DNA of 64,000 nt from Candidatus Aminicenantes bacterium (GTDB lineage: Bacteria > Acidobacteriota > Aminicenantia > Aminicenantales > JAFGBC01). The stretch is taken from positions 3,584,001 to 3,648,000 of the forward strand of contig OY969696.1 of NCBI GenBank assembly GCA_963702005.1. The letters are read 5' to 3'. The translations under genes were made by a program, and so were the position numbers. Position 1 is the first letter of the stretch. The number at the start of each line of letters is the position of its first letter. The notes under the pieces are model-generated. The model did no database searches and was not told where the DNA came from. It saw only the letters and a program-made list of their open reading frames with translations. Positions 19,784 to 28,743 of this stretch are shown here, piece after piece.

Positions 19784-21870
19784 AGACATCCACCCTCAGG
19801 CCGTCGCAGCCTGCCGGTCGACCACCGCCTTCGAAAGCCATCCGGACTTCGTCCCCGGGCGCAAGATCGGGCAAGGCTTGCAGTTTCTGGACGAGCGGGA
19901 TCTTTCCCCTCCCCGACCACAGCCAGCGAAGTGAGTAGCCGGACAACTTATGGGCGGGGGCGGTGCCTCGGGTTTTGACGACCACGAGCGCCCCGCCTCC
20001 GGCTTCTTCGATCCTCATCTCCTCGATCGGGCTGGATTCCGCACGGAGGACCTCGAAAGAAGGCTTCCGGTTGCCGAAGAGGTCCACGACGCCGTGAACC
20101 CGCTGCTTAAGGATGCCGAGGCCTTTATCGCCGATGTGGGTTCGGTAGTCGTTATAGCAGAAGAAAATGAAGCCTCCCACCCAGGGATAATCGCGGAAAA
20201 CGCCGTTGTGTTCGCGGAGGATCCTGATCCGCGGCTCGTCGCCCTCGGGCCGGTCCTCGGTGCAGGCGCAGAAGCCGTACTCGCTGATTACGACCGGCTT
20301 CTCGGGAAACGCGCGGTGGATGGCCTCGAGACTTCGTCTCATGTCGGCGGCCGTCCCCCCGTACCACGTTTCGTAGTACTCGTTCCACTCGATGAAATCC
20401 ATATCGCCGGCGACGTCCCGTTCCGGCGTATAGTGGAGGGAATTCGAAGCATAGGAACAAAGACGGTCGGGATCGAGCCGCTTGGCCTCGTGGAGCATCG
20501 CGCGGACGAATTCTTGGGCGGCCGGATTCTGCCCGCCGACTTCGTTGCAGAGCCCCCAGGAGAATACGGAGGGGATGGTTCCGGTCCTGCCCGATCATCT
20601 CCCGGAGCTGCTCGAGCCCGTTCTCCATGATCGCGGCCGAGGGCTTTCCCTCCATGCCTTTGAAAGTGTCGGACCCCCAGGTCGGAACCTCGACCTGGAT
20701 CAGGATCCCCTTCCGGTCGCATTCGTCGAGGACGCGCCGGTCCTGCTGCCAGTGGACGCGGGTGAAGACGCAGTTCAGCTCCTTGAGGTCGCCATGATCG
20801 TGGGCGATCCAGGAGGAGGGCTCGGCCATGCCGTAAGCCGGGTGGCTCCCGGCCATCCGCTCGACGCCGGCCAGCCGGACCGGCTCGCCGTTAAGGAGGA
20901 ATTCCGTGCCGCGGACTTGGATCCGGCGGATGCCGAAGGTCGAGGATAGCCGGTCGCCACCTTTCCCTTTCGAGGTGATCCAGGCCTCGAGGACATAGAG
21001 GTGGGGATGGTCGAAATGCCAGAGCCTGGGCCGGTCGAGGACCGCCTCTGGAAGGCCAACCTCCCGGACGGCTCCGGCCGGGACGGACTCTCCGCGGGCG
21101 GATGGGTTTTCCAGGACGGTCCGCCCCGAAGACTCCTCGAGGACGCGGACGCCGATCTCGACCTTGGAGTTCTTCGGCGAGGCGTTCCGGATGACGGCCG
21201 TGATCCTTAGGGAGGCCGTGTTCCTTTCGAGGTCGGGTTGAGCCTCGACCCATAGGTTCTCCAAATAAACCGCGGGCGTCAGGATGAGGCTGACCGGCCT
21301 GGTGATGCCGCCGTCCGGGGTCCAGTCGTAGGAGTTGCTCCGGGGCAGCAGGCCCGGCGAGAAAGCGTTGTCGACGCGGACGGCGATCGTGTTCGGCTTG
21401 CCGAGTTCGAGCAGGGACGTGATGTCAAGAGCGAAGGCCGTGTATCCCTTGCCGATGTGCTCCCCGGCTTTCCTGCCGTTGACCCAGACCTGGGCCGTGT
21501 GGAAGACGGCTTCGAATTCGATCCGGACGACCAAGCCGGCCCAAGACGGAGGCGCGTCAAATTCCTTGCGGTACCAGGCCCTTCCCAGATAGTCGGCCGT
21601 CCGCTCCGAGATCTGCCAGGTGTGCGGGACTTCGACATCCTCCCATCCCTTGCCGGGAACGCCCGCTCCATGCCAGCCCCACTTCTCCCCCTGATCCTCG
21701 CGATCAATCCGGAAATGCCATGTCCCCGACAAAGAGATGGTCCGGCGGAGGCCGCTTCCATCTTGCCCGCTCTGCAATCCCGACGAACAGGAAGCGCTCA
21801 GCACGGCCGTTCCGGCCGCGGCGGCCTTTACGCTTCCCTCCAGAAATTCCCGGCGCGTCCAACGTCCCAT
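19731..21870 (-). pseudogene. Tat-exported GH2 glycosidase (beta-glucuronidase/galactosidase-like), frameshifted
   Basis: RREFL Tat signal and GH2 motifs. One extra base in the G4 run at 20571-20574 breaks DRNHP-SVFSWGLCNE. The C-terminal half with ISEYG is in another frame. May be an assembly error. Confidence 0.8.
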
Positions 21871-22001
21871 GGCGACTCTTCTTGAGGGACAGTATGTCCG
21901 CTACGGTCTCAAAAATCAATCTGGCTTAGAGAAAAATCAATATGCCGCTTGACGCGCTTTTATCCGAACCCGCGGTGTGAGATAATACAAGCATGAAGCG
22001 A

Positions 22002-22172
22002 ATGCCCAAGGCCGTGAAAATATTTAAAAGCTTTAAGGAACAGGAGGCTTGGGACATCCAGTATTATATCAACCTGAGTCCCGAAGAGCGTCAGCGTATC
22101 GCCCGAGAGCTCCGCGAAAGATTTTATGGGACAAATCCTTCGCGAATCCGGGAGGTTCACGACGCCAAATGA
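22002..22172 (+). CDS. Small protein (56 aa), putative partner/antitoxin of the downstream nucleotidyltransferase; not in the ORF track
   Basis: MPKAVKIFKSFKEQEAWDIQYYINLSPEERQRIARELRERFYG...; its stop overlaps the next ATG (ATGA). Confidence 0.65.
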   Translation: MPKAVKIFKSFKEQEAWDIQYYINLSPEERQRIARELRERFYGTNPSRIREVHDAK

Positions 22173-22666
22173 CCCTAACCTATTTTTCGCAGGATATCCA
22201 GGACCTCCTCTCTCTCCTCTTCAAGCACAAGGTCCGTTATCTCATCGTCGGGGCGGAAGCTGTGATCTATCACGGCTTCGCCAGGCTCACCGGCGATATC
22301 GACATCTTTTTCGAATCCTCTCCGAAAAATTGCCGGACCATGTTTTCCGCTCTCCGGGAATTTTGGGCCGGTCCGGTGCCGGGGATAGGATCTCCCGCCG
22401 AGCTCGCGACCAAGGGGACGATCATCCAATTCGGCTATCCGCCGAACCGCATCGACTTGATCAATACGATTTCCGGTGTCGATTTTCCCGAAGCCTGGAA
22501 GGACAGGTCTTCCCAGAGCTTACTCGTCCGGAAGCAACACGTCACCGTGCACTACATCGGCCTCTCCGCCCTGATCAAGAACAAGGAAGCCTGTGGGCGG
22601 CCCAAGGACCTGGAGGATCTTAAGTATCTCCGGGAAGCGGCAAAAAAGGCCGGCCACAAAACGTAA
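22169..22666 (+). CDS. Nucleotidyltransferase (DUF6036/AbiEii-like)
   Basis: YLIVGAEAVIYHGFARLTGDIDI N-terminus and NKEACGRPKDLEDL C-terminus. Confidence 0.75.
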   Translation: MTLTYFSQDIQDLLSLLFKHKVRYLIVGAEAVIYHGFARLTGDIDIFFESSPKNCRTMFSALREFWAGPVPGIGSPAELATKGTIIQFGYPPNRIDLINTISGVDFPEAWKDRSSQSLLVRKQHVTVHYIGLSALIKNKEACGRPKDLEDLKYLREAAKKAGHKT

Positions 22667-22692
22667 AAAAAGCCCGCCGCATCGGCGAAGAG

Positions 22693-22900
22693 GTCTTTGT
22701 CTGGCCCTTGCCGTCCGTCTTCGTCTTCAGCAGGCTGTCGAAATAATAGGTATAGCTCGAGGTCGCGCCCGAGGGATGGTGAACGGTCGTGAGTCGTTTG
22801 AGATTGTCGTACTCGTAGCTCGTGGAGTTGAGGTTCGCGTCCAAGACCTGGATGAGCTTCCCCTTGTCGTAGTCGAACTGGGACACCTTGCCCTCGGCAT
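22693..22900 (-). pseudogene. Rhs/YD-repeat fragment
   Basis: AEGKVSQFDYDKGKLIQVLDANLNSTSYEYD...; near-identical copies at ~24040-24245 and ~26885-27040. Confidence 0.8.
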
Positions 22901-22987
22901 TAACTGGATATGATTTTCAATTTTGCACTTTCAACCTGACGATGGTAATATATTAAGGGATTTTAAAAATCCTGGAGAGGCAATCCC

Positions 22988-23212
22988 ATGAAAGACCTCA
23001 AGATAGTGGTGGAAAAGCATCCTGATGGGTATGTAGCCTATCCCCTTGGCCTAAAGGGCGTAATCATCGGACAGGGCGAAACCTACGAATCTGCGCTGGC
23101 TGACGTGAAGTCCGCGATCCAGTTCCATCTAGAGAGCTTTGGCCCTGAGGCGCTGGAGATAGATCCCTCGATTCTGGAAGTCTTCATTGCGGAGACCCAA
23201 GTAAGGGGATGA
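22988..23212 (+). CDS. hicB: HicB-like antitoxin
   Basis: DGYVAYPLGLKGVIIGQGETYESALADVKSAI partial RNase H fold; overlaps hicA. Confidence 0.8.
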   Translation: MKDLKIVVEKHPDGYVAYPLGLKGVIIGQGETYESALADVKSAIQFHLESFGPEALEIDPSILEVFIAETQVRG

Positions 23213-23448
23213 TGCCCAAATTTCCTATTGATGCGCCAATCCGAAGAGTCTTAAGAGCCCTGGAACGTCTGGGTTTTAAAATTGTGCGGCAAGGCAACCA
23301 TGTCTCGATGCTTCGCCAGAACCCTGACGGCACCACAACACCCCTGACGATTCCCGGCCACTCAATAATCAAGAAATCGACCTTGCGCACTATCCTGACT
23401 CAATCTGGGATTTCAAAAGAAGCCTTCATGGAAGCGTATAAGGAGTGA
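23209..23448 (+). CDS. hicA: HicA-like mRNA interferase toxin
   Basis: ALERLGFKIVRQGNHVSM...TIPGH...TLRTILTQSGIS. Confidence 0.85.
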   Translation: MMPKFPIDAPIRRVLRALERLGFKIVRQGNHVSMLRQNPDGTTTPLTIPGHSIIKKSTLRTILTQSGISKEAFMEAYKE

Positions 23449-23475
23449 TGTAAGAGACATCAAGAAGGATGACAG

Positions 23476-23646
23476 GGCCATCCTGGACCGGATCCTTCAT
23501 CACGCGACCACGATCAACATCAAGGGCAATTCCTACCGTAGAAAACTAACATGGGAGGGGGGAAATTTCAAAGCCCGAAGAGGGGGGGATTATTCCACTC
23601 CCGTTGACATCTCAGGGGGTGGTACACTTTTGGACGCCCATTGACA
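23476..23646 (+). mobile_element. IS21-family remnant: istB 3' fragment and two terminal inverted-repeat-like ends
   Basis: Translates to AILDRILHHATTINIKGNSYR (IstB C-terminus). Ends are ...CCCGTTGACA (23609) and GGTACACTTTTGGACGCCCATTGACA (23646). Confidence 0.75.
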
Positions 23647-24355
23647 GTCGTCGTAGCTCAAGTTCTCGCTTGCGCTATTGGGATAGACAACCTGCGGCTT
23701 CTGCCCGGTCAGAAGATAATAATAGGTCAAGGGATTATCTCCGGACCGCGTGATCGTCCTGACCTAGCCGTCGTCGTAATAGGCGAAGGCCACGCTGGGA
23801 TCGGAGTTGACCTGATAAGTCTGGAGTTGATCTCCTGCCGTATATCCATAGGCAATCGTCCCCCGCGGGTTCACGATCGAGCTCAGCCGGCAGGAAGAAT
23901 CATAATTAAAGGTCGTCGTCTCGCTCACAACCTGGTCCTGGACGTTACCCAGATTCTCGCCGGAGAATGTATAAATTACTTTCTGCCCGTTCGGATACTG
24001 TTTCTCCTTGAGCCTCTTCAGCTTGTCATAGATAAAGGTCGTCGTCTGGCCTTTTCCGTCCGTCTTCGTCTTCAGCAGGCCGTCGAAATAATAGGTATAG
24101 CTCGAGGTCGCGCCCGAGGGATGATGGACGGTTACCAGACTATGAAGGTTGTCGTATTCGTAGGTCGTGGAGTTGAGGTTCGCGTCCAGCACCTAGATGA
24201 GCTTCCCTTTGTCGTAGAGGAACTGGGACACCTTGCCCTCGGCATCCACTACCCGGACCAACTGATCGAACTCGTCATAGTAGTACTTGGTCGACCGGCC
24301 GTTCGGATCTTCCTGGATCGTATAGACGAGCTTCTTCCCGCCCGTTTCCAATAAA
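23647..24355 (-). pseudogene. Degraded Rhs core fragment
   Basis: YD repeats homologous to 26500-27040. Premature TAG at 24193-24195 and 23764-23766. Truncated at the IS21 end. Confidence 0.82.
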
Positions 24356-24411
24356 TATTGGAATATCTTCAAAAAACCGGCCAAGCAGAGCTATAGGTTA
24401 TGATATTCCTG

Positions 24412-25161
24412 CTAATCCTGGACTCCTGCCTTTTCGAACTTGGCACCTACGAAATAATGGCCTTGATCAAATAGCAGCCATGCGTCAAAAGTGTCATGAT
24501 CATTATCGGGAGATGCACTATCGCATTCATATGCCACTTTGAATCCGTTCTGCCAAGCCCTACAATTCCATGGGACGCCAAGGATATCCTGCACCTTCAG
24601 CCATTCTATCCTATCCTCTAAAGCGAGAACTTGCTTTCGAGAAACACGCTTCGACCACCCCCGTTTTTTCCTGATCACGCCTCTCCAGGTTTGGTTATCG
24701 CCAAATATAAAATCCATCACGCGCTGATGCTTGAAGTTGGTGTCGACCAGCGCCGAGAAGTTCCAGGTCTGCCATATCGGATCATCAACCATGAAACTCA
24801 CCATCAATAGATCACCGTTTTTTGCGATGGAGGTTGGGCTTTCCTTGATTATAGCGATTCGATATGGCCATCCTTGGCATTCACCTTCTTTTTCCGCAAT
24901 GGTCGCTTTAACGCTGGGGCTTAGTAAACCTAGTAGCCCAATTTCAAACTCCAAGAAAGCTCCGGACAACGTATCATGATAAGCACCCATGATCGTGTCC
25001 ACCCATTGGGTTTCAATATATACCCAACCAGGAGGAAGCATCTTGCTTTCTTTCCGCACTATTTCTGGCCTCATATCTATTCCTAGGGCAAACTCCCATC
25101 CCACGATAACAGCTAATAACATTACCGACAACAATATAAGCACTAGCGTTTTCATTTGCAT
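24412..25161 (-). CDS. Putative Rhs immunity protein (exported)
   Basis: Overlaps the stop of the Rhs toxin module, has an N-terminal hydrophobic signal, and is lower in GC than the flanks. Confidence 0.6.
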   Translation of the reverse strand: MQMKTLVLILLSVMLLAVIVGWEFALGIDMRPEIVRKESKMLPPGWVYIETQWVDTIMGAYHDTLSGAFLEFEIGLLGLLSPSVKATIAEKEGECQGWPYRIAIIKESPTSIAKNGDLLMVSFMVDDPIWQTWNFSALVDTNFKHQRVMDFIFGDNQTWRGVIRKKRGWSKRVSRKQVLALEDRIEWLKVQDILGVPWNCRAWQNGFKVAYECDSASPDNDHDTFDAWLLFDQGHYFVGAKFEKAGVQD

Positions 25162-27041
25162 GGTACCGTTTGCGCGCGTTCTCTTATCTTCTCTTCTGAA
25201 TCGCCGGGGCCATATCTCGTGTCCGGGCCTCCTGGTCTACAGGTATGAAGCATCTCATGGGCGATGATACGCATTGGACAAGGATCTTGACCTGGAGGAG
25301 GGAAGTTGCTCGGACAGAGAACGATGCTATCAGATCGTGGCGCGTATCCCAAAAGACCTCCGATTTTACCACACGGCCATGAATTGCATGTAATCCTCGG
25401 ACCCCCTTCCTTGCATCTCTTTTCCACGCATTGCCTCGTGAAAGCATCGGTAATCTTAGATGATATATTGCATAGGTTTGCGTATTCCGTGAATACCCAA
25501 TGTGGGCATTTTTTCCCGCAATTTGGTAGCTGAGTCTGTTGCGCCTGAAAGCCATCCGAATCCACATAATTTACTGGGTTTAATAATCCATAGCTATACC
25601 GATTGAGCCCATTCAGAAGTTCCATAGAATCCTTACTCAAAAACCTCCCTAATCCCGGATTCATATACCTCGCCCTGTAGAAATAGAGCCCCTCCTCCGC
25701 GAATTCCCGCCCCGTATACGCGTAACTATTGGCAACGGTCGTGCTTGAAGCGCGCAATTCCCCCCACGCACCGTATGAATAGCTGTTTTGAACGGTCCCC
25801 GTCGCGTCCGTCATCTCTCGGATACTCCCCAATCCATCCCCAAAATAATAGCTCTTCGCCCCGCTCCTGTCCAGATACACGGGATCGTCGATCCCGATTC
25901 CATGAAGATAATTGGTGACCGTTCCCCCCGATGTCTCTTTTATCATATCTTCTGCTTGGTACAAATACCCCGTTTCCACTCCGCCCACCGTCTTCTTTAT
26001 CCTCTCCCCCTGATAATCATAGGCATAGGAGGCGCTCACGGACCCTCCGCTGATCCCGGTCATCCTGTCGTCGTAGTCCCACGTATAGTTAGTCGAGCCT
26101 TTGGTTAATAAATTGCCGTTATTATCCCAAGTGTAAGAATTTGTTCCGTCCGAGGCTAAGAGCTGCGAATTTCGGCTCTGCGAATTCTGATAATAGGTGT
26201 AGTTGGTGACAATCGGACCCTGGCCGGCCGGCGTCACCGTCTGTTGCACGCGGTTCCCAATATCGTCGTAGCTCCACTGGTGCATGTCGCCGTTCCCATA
26301 GTCCACCCGCGTCAATTGATAGAGGTTGTCGAAATAATACTTCTCCTGCTGAGCCAGCTGATCCGTCATGCTGGTCCTATAGCCCTTCATGGAATAGGAG
26401 CCCGTCGCCTGGTTGTAGTCGTAGCCATAGGAATAAGACGAGAGCACGTTCGAATCCGGCTTCCTATTGATGATGCCCGTCAGCCTCCCCTGATCATCAT
26501 AACTGAGGTTTACACTGGAATTATTCGGATAGACAACCTGCGACTTCTGGCCGGTCAGAAGATAATAATAGGTCAAAGGATTATCGCCCGACCGCGTGAT
26601 CGTCTTGACCGAACCGTCGTCGTAATAGGCGAAGGCCACGCTGGGGTCGGAGTTGACCTGATAAGTCTGGAGTTGATCTCCTGCCGTATATCCATAGGCA
26701 ATCGTCCCCCGCGGATTCGAGAGCGAACTTAACCTATAGGATGAATCGTAGCTGAAATTCGTCGTCTCGCTCACGATCTGGTCCTGGACGCTTCCCAGGT
26801 TCTCGCCGGAAAAGGCATAAATGATCTTCTGCCCGCTCGGATACTGCTTCTCCTTGAGCCTCGTCAGCTTGTCATAGACAAAGGTCGTCGTCTGGCCCTT
26901 CCCGTCCGTCTTCGTCTTCAGCAGGCTGTCGAAATAATAGGTATAGCTCGAGGTCGCGCCCGAGGGATGATGGACGGTCGTAAGTCTTTTGAGCTTGTCG
27001 TACTCGTAGCTCGTGGAGTTGAGGTTCGCGTCCAGAACCTG
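25152..27041 (-). CDS. Orphan Rhs core + C-terminal HExxH metallopeptidase toxin (no clear native start)
   Basis: YD repeats, YTGRE..YFYRARY..GRFLSKD core, NPVNYVDSDGF boundary, Cys-rich CT with AHEMLH. The frame is open from ~27041. Confidence 0.82.
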   Translation of the reverse strand, partial: QVLDANLNSTSYEYDKLKRLTTVHHPSGATSSYTYYFDSLLKTKTDGKGQTTTFVYDKLTRLKEKQYPSGQKIIYAFSGENLGSVQDQIVSETTNFSYDSSYRLSSLSNPRGTIAYGYTAGDQLQTYQVNSDPSVAFAYYDDGSVKTITRSGDNPLTYYYLLTGQKSQVVYPNNSSVNLSYDDQGRLTGIINRKPDSNVLSSYSYGYDYNQATGSYSMKGYRTSMTDQLAQQEKYYFDNLYQLTRVDYGNGDMHQWSYDDIGNRVQQTVTPAGQGPIVTNYTYYQNSQSRNSQLLASDGTNSYTWDNNGNLLTKGSTNYTWDYDDRMTGISGGSVSASYAYDYQGERIKKTVGGVETGYLYQAEDMIKETSGGTVTNYLHGIGIDDPVYLDRSGAKSYYFGDGLGSIREMTDATGTVQNSYSYGAWGELRASSTTVANSYAYTGREFAEEGLYFYRARYMNPGLGRFLSKDSMELLNGLNRYSYGLLNPVNYVDSDGFQAQQTQLPNCGKKCPHWVFTEYANLCNISSKITDAFTRQCVEKRCKEGGPRITCNSWPCGKIGGLLGYAPRSDSIVLCPSNFPPPGQDPCPMRIIAHEMLHTCRPGGPDTRYGPGDSEEKIRERAQTVPCK

Positions 27042-27043
27042 TT

Positions 27044-27892
27044 TTAGCTTTTCATTGATAAGTTCGAAATGAGCGATCTTGTTCTCAGTTTCTTTCTTTT
27101 TAATTCAAGATAGTGATTCTTAATGAGTTCATAATATTTCGAGTCACTATTTTCCTTTAAATATCTCTCATAACTTCTCATTGCCTCATCAATATGTTCA
27201 TCTAGAGGAGAATTGTTTAAACCATATAAATAAACTTGTAAATAGTCGTTAACTTTTTCTTCGGCGGCATTTCTTATATATTGACAATTAATATTTCCTA
27301 ATTTATTTAAATACTGATCATACCTTATAATTTTTATTCTCAATTGGTCCCAAGGAATGATAAGTCCACCATCTTCTTCATAGCCTTCTTTAATATCTTC
27401 TGACTCTATTTTAAAATATTCAAGAATTATCTCAGGTAAAGAATCCTTGAATTTCTTACACATATAAATCGGATTAAAATATAAGAACACATCTCCCTCT
27501 CCGTATCCGATACCTAGCCCGTTATCATCTAAATAAATAGCAAATTCTCTAATCGAATTATCAGCATTATTAGAGAAACTAACCCTCAGGTTTTGAAAGA
27601 TTCCTTGTTCTTCAATTTTCCTACCAAGCTCCTTGTCTTCTCTAAATCCTTCATTTAATACAGATAAAGCTTTTTGCCAATAATTCATATACTTTTCCAA
27701 ATTACCGCACAAATCTTTATATTCTTTCTTTTCAGAAAATATTTTAATATATTTTAATGTTTCCTCTTTTATGTTTACTTGCGCAGCCTTTGATAAAAAC
27801 GATCCCTCGTCCTGATACGCACTTGATATCAAGAAAATAACCAAGGGTGTCAATGAAACAGTCTGCAACATATGTTTGATATTGTTTTGCAT
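27044..27892 (-). CDS. Putative Rhs immunity protein (exported, very AT-rich)
   Basis: Overlaps the toxin stop, has a signal-like N-terminus, and has strongly AT-rich composition. Confidence 0.6.
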   Translation of the reverse strand: MQNNIKHMLQTVSLTPLVIFLISSAYQDEGSFLSKAAQVNIKEETLKYIKIFSEKKEYKDLCGNLEKYMNYWQKALSVLNEGFREDKELGRKIEEQGIFQNLRVSFSNNADNSIREFAIYLDDNGLGIGYGEGDVFLYFNPIYMCKKFKDSLPEIILEYFKIESEDIKEGYEEDGGLIIPWDQLRIKIIRYDQYLNKLGNINCQYIRNAAEEKVNDYLQVYLYGLNNSPLDEHIDEAMRSYERYLKENSDSKYYELIKNHYLELKRKKLRTRSLISNLSMKS

Positions 27893-28593
27893 AGTTCGCA
27901 AGGATCGTAATAATCTTCCCAACCTGATCCGCCGCATACTCCTCCTTTATCATTTGGGTCGGTGTCAACATGATAGTGTTGTAGTATTCTATGTTTACAT
28001 ACTCTTTTAAATCCGCACTTTTTTGCAGCAGCTAAAACCTTACACGACCAAACGTGATCCATGCCGTGTCTCGTTCCGGAAATATCGGCTGCGTCTCCAG
28101 TCCAGTGTGCCGATGTTGGATCTCCCCAAAACCTCCTTCCCTCGGTAACCGTGAAATCAAAACCTCCTATTTTCTGTTGTAAACAGTCCAACCTGGATTC
28201 CACATCTGGGTTTGCTGGCCATACAGTTCTCGGATCCCACGGAGGAGTTTTATAATGCCAGAGCCCCGATGGATCATTACATAGAACTGGATTGTTAGGC
28301 ACATAAGAATAAAAACTTCCGCCTTTTCTAGGCCTGAATAAATCTCTGCTCACAAACCTCCCCAGCCCCGGATCCAAATACCTCGCCCTGTAGAAATACC
28401 TCCCCTCCTCCGCGAATTCCCGTCCCGTATATCCATAACTATTGCCGACAGTCACACTTGAAGCACGGAGCTCTCCCCATGCGCCGTAGCTGTATGAATT
28501 CTGCCCGGTTCCCCTCGCGTCCGCCAATTCCCTGATACTCCCCAATCCGTCACCAAAATAATAGCTTTTTGCTCCGCTCCTGTCCAGCATCAC
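27850..28593 (-). CDS. Orphan Rhs C-terminal module with M15/LAS-type Zn peptidase toxin
   Basis: Rhs core end, DPSGL boundary, CT with SAHWTGDAAD (HxxxxxxD) and HYH. Confidence 0.78.
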   Translation of the reverse strand: MMLDRSGAKSYYFGDGLGSIRELADARGTGQNSYSYGAWGELRASSVTVGNSYGYTGREFAEEGRYFYRARYLDPGLGRFVSRDLFRPRKGGSFYSYVPNNPVLCNDPSGLWHYKTPPWDPRTVWPANPDVESRLDCLQQKIGGFDFTVTEGRRFWGDPTSAHWTGDAADISGTRHGMDHVWSCKVLAAAKKCGFKRVCKHRILQHYHVDTDPNDKGGVCGGSGWEDYYDPCELCKTISNICCRLFH

Positions 28594-28743
28594 GTGATCG
28601 TGTTAGACAAACCGCCGCCGTAGTTGCCGATCATCTATCGTCATCGCAGCGTTTTCTTCTGGAATTGGCGGGGCATTTCCTTTATCATTGCCTATGGCCC
28701 GAGGGGGTCCCGGACGCCCCTTAGGGCGACGGGAGATAGGATC

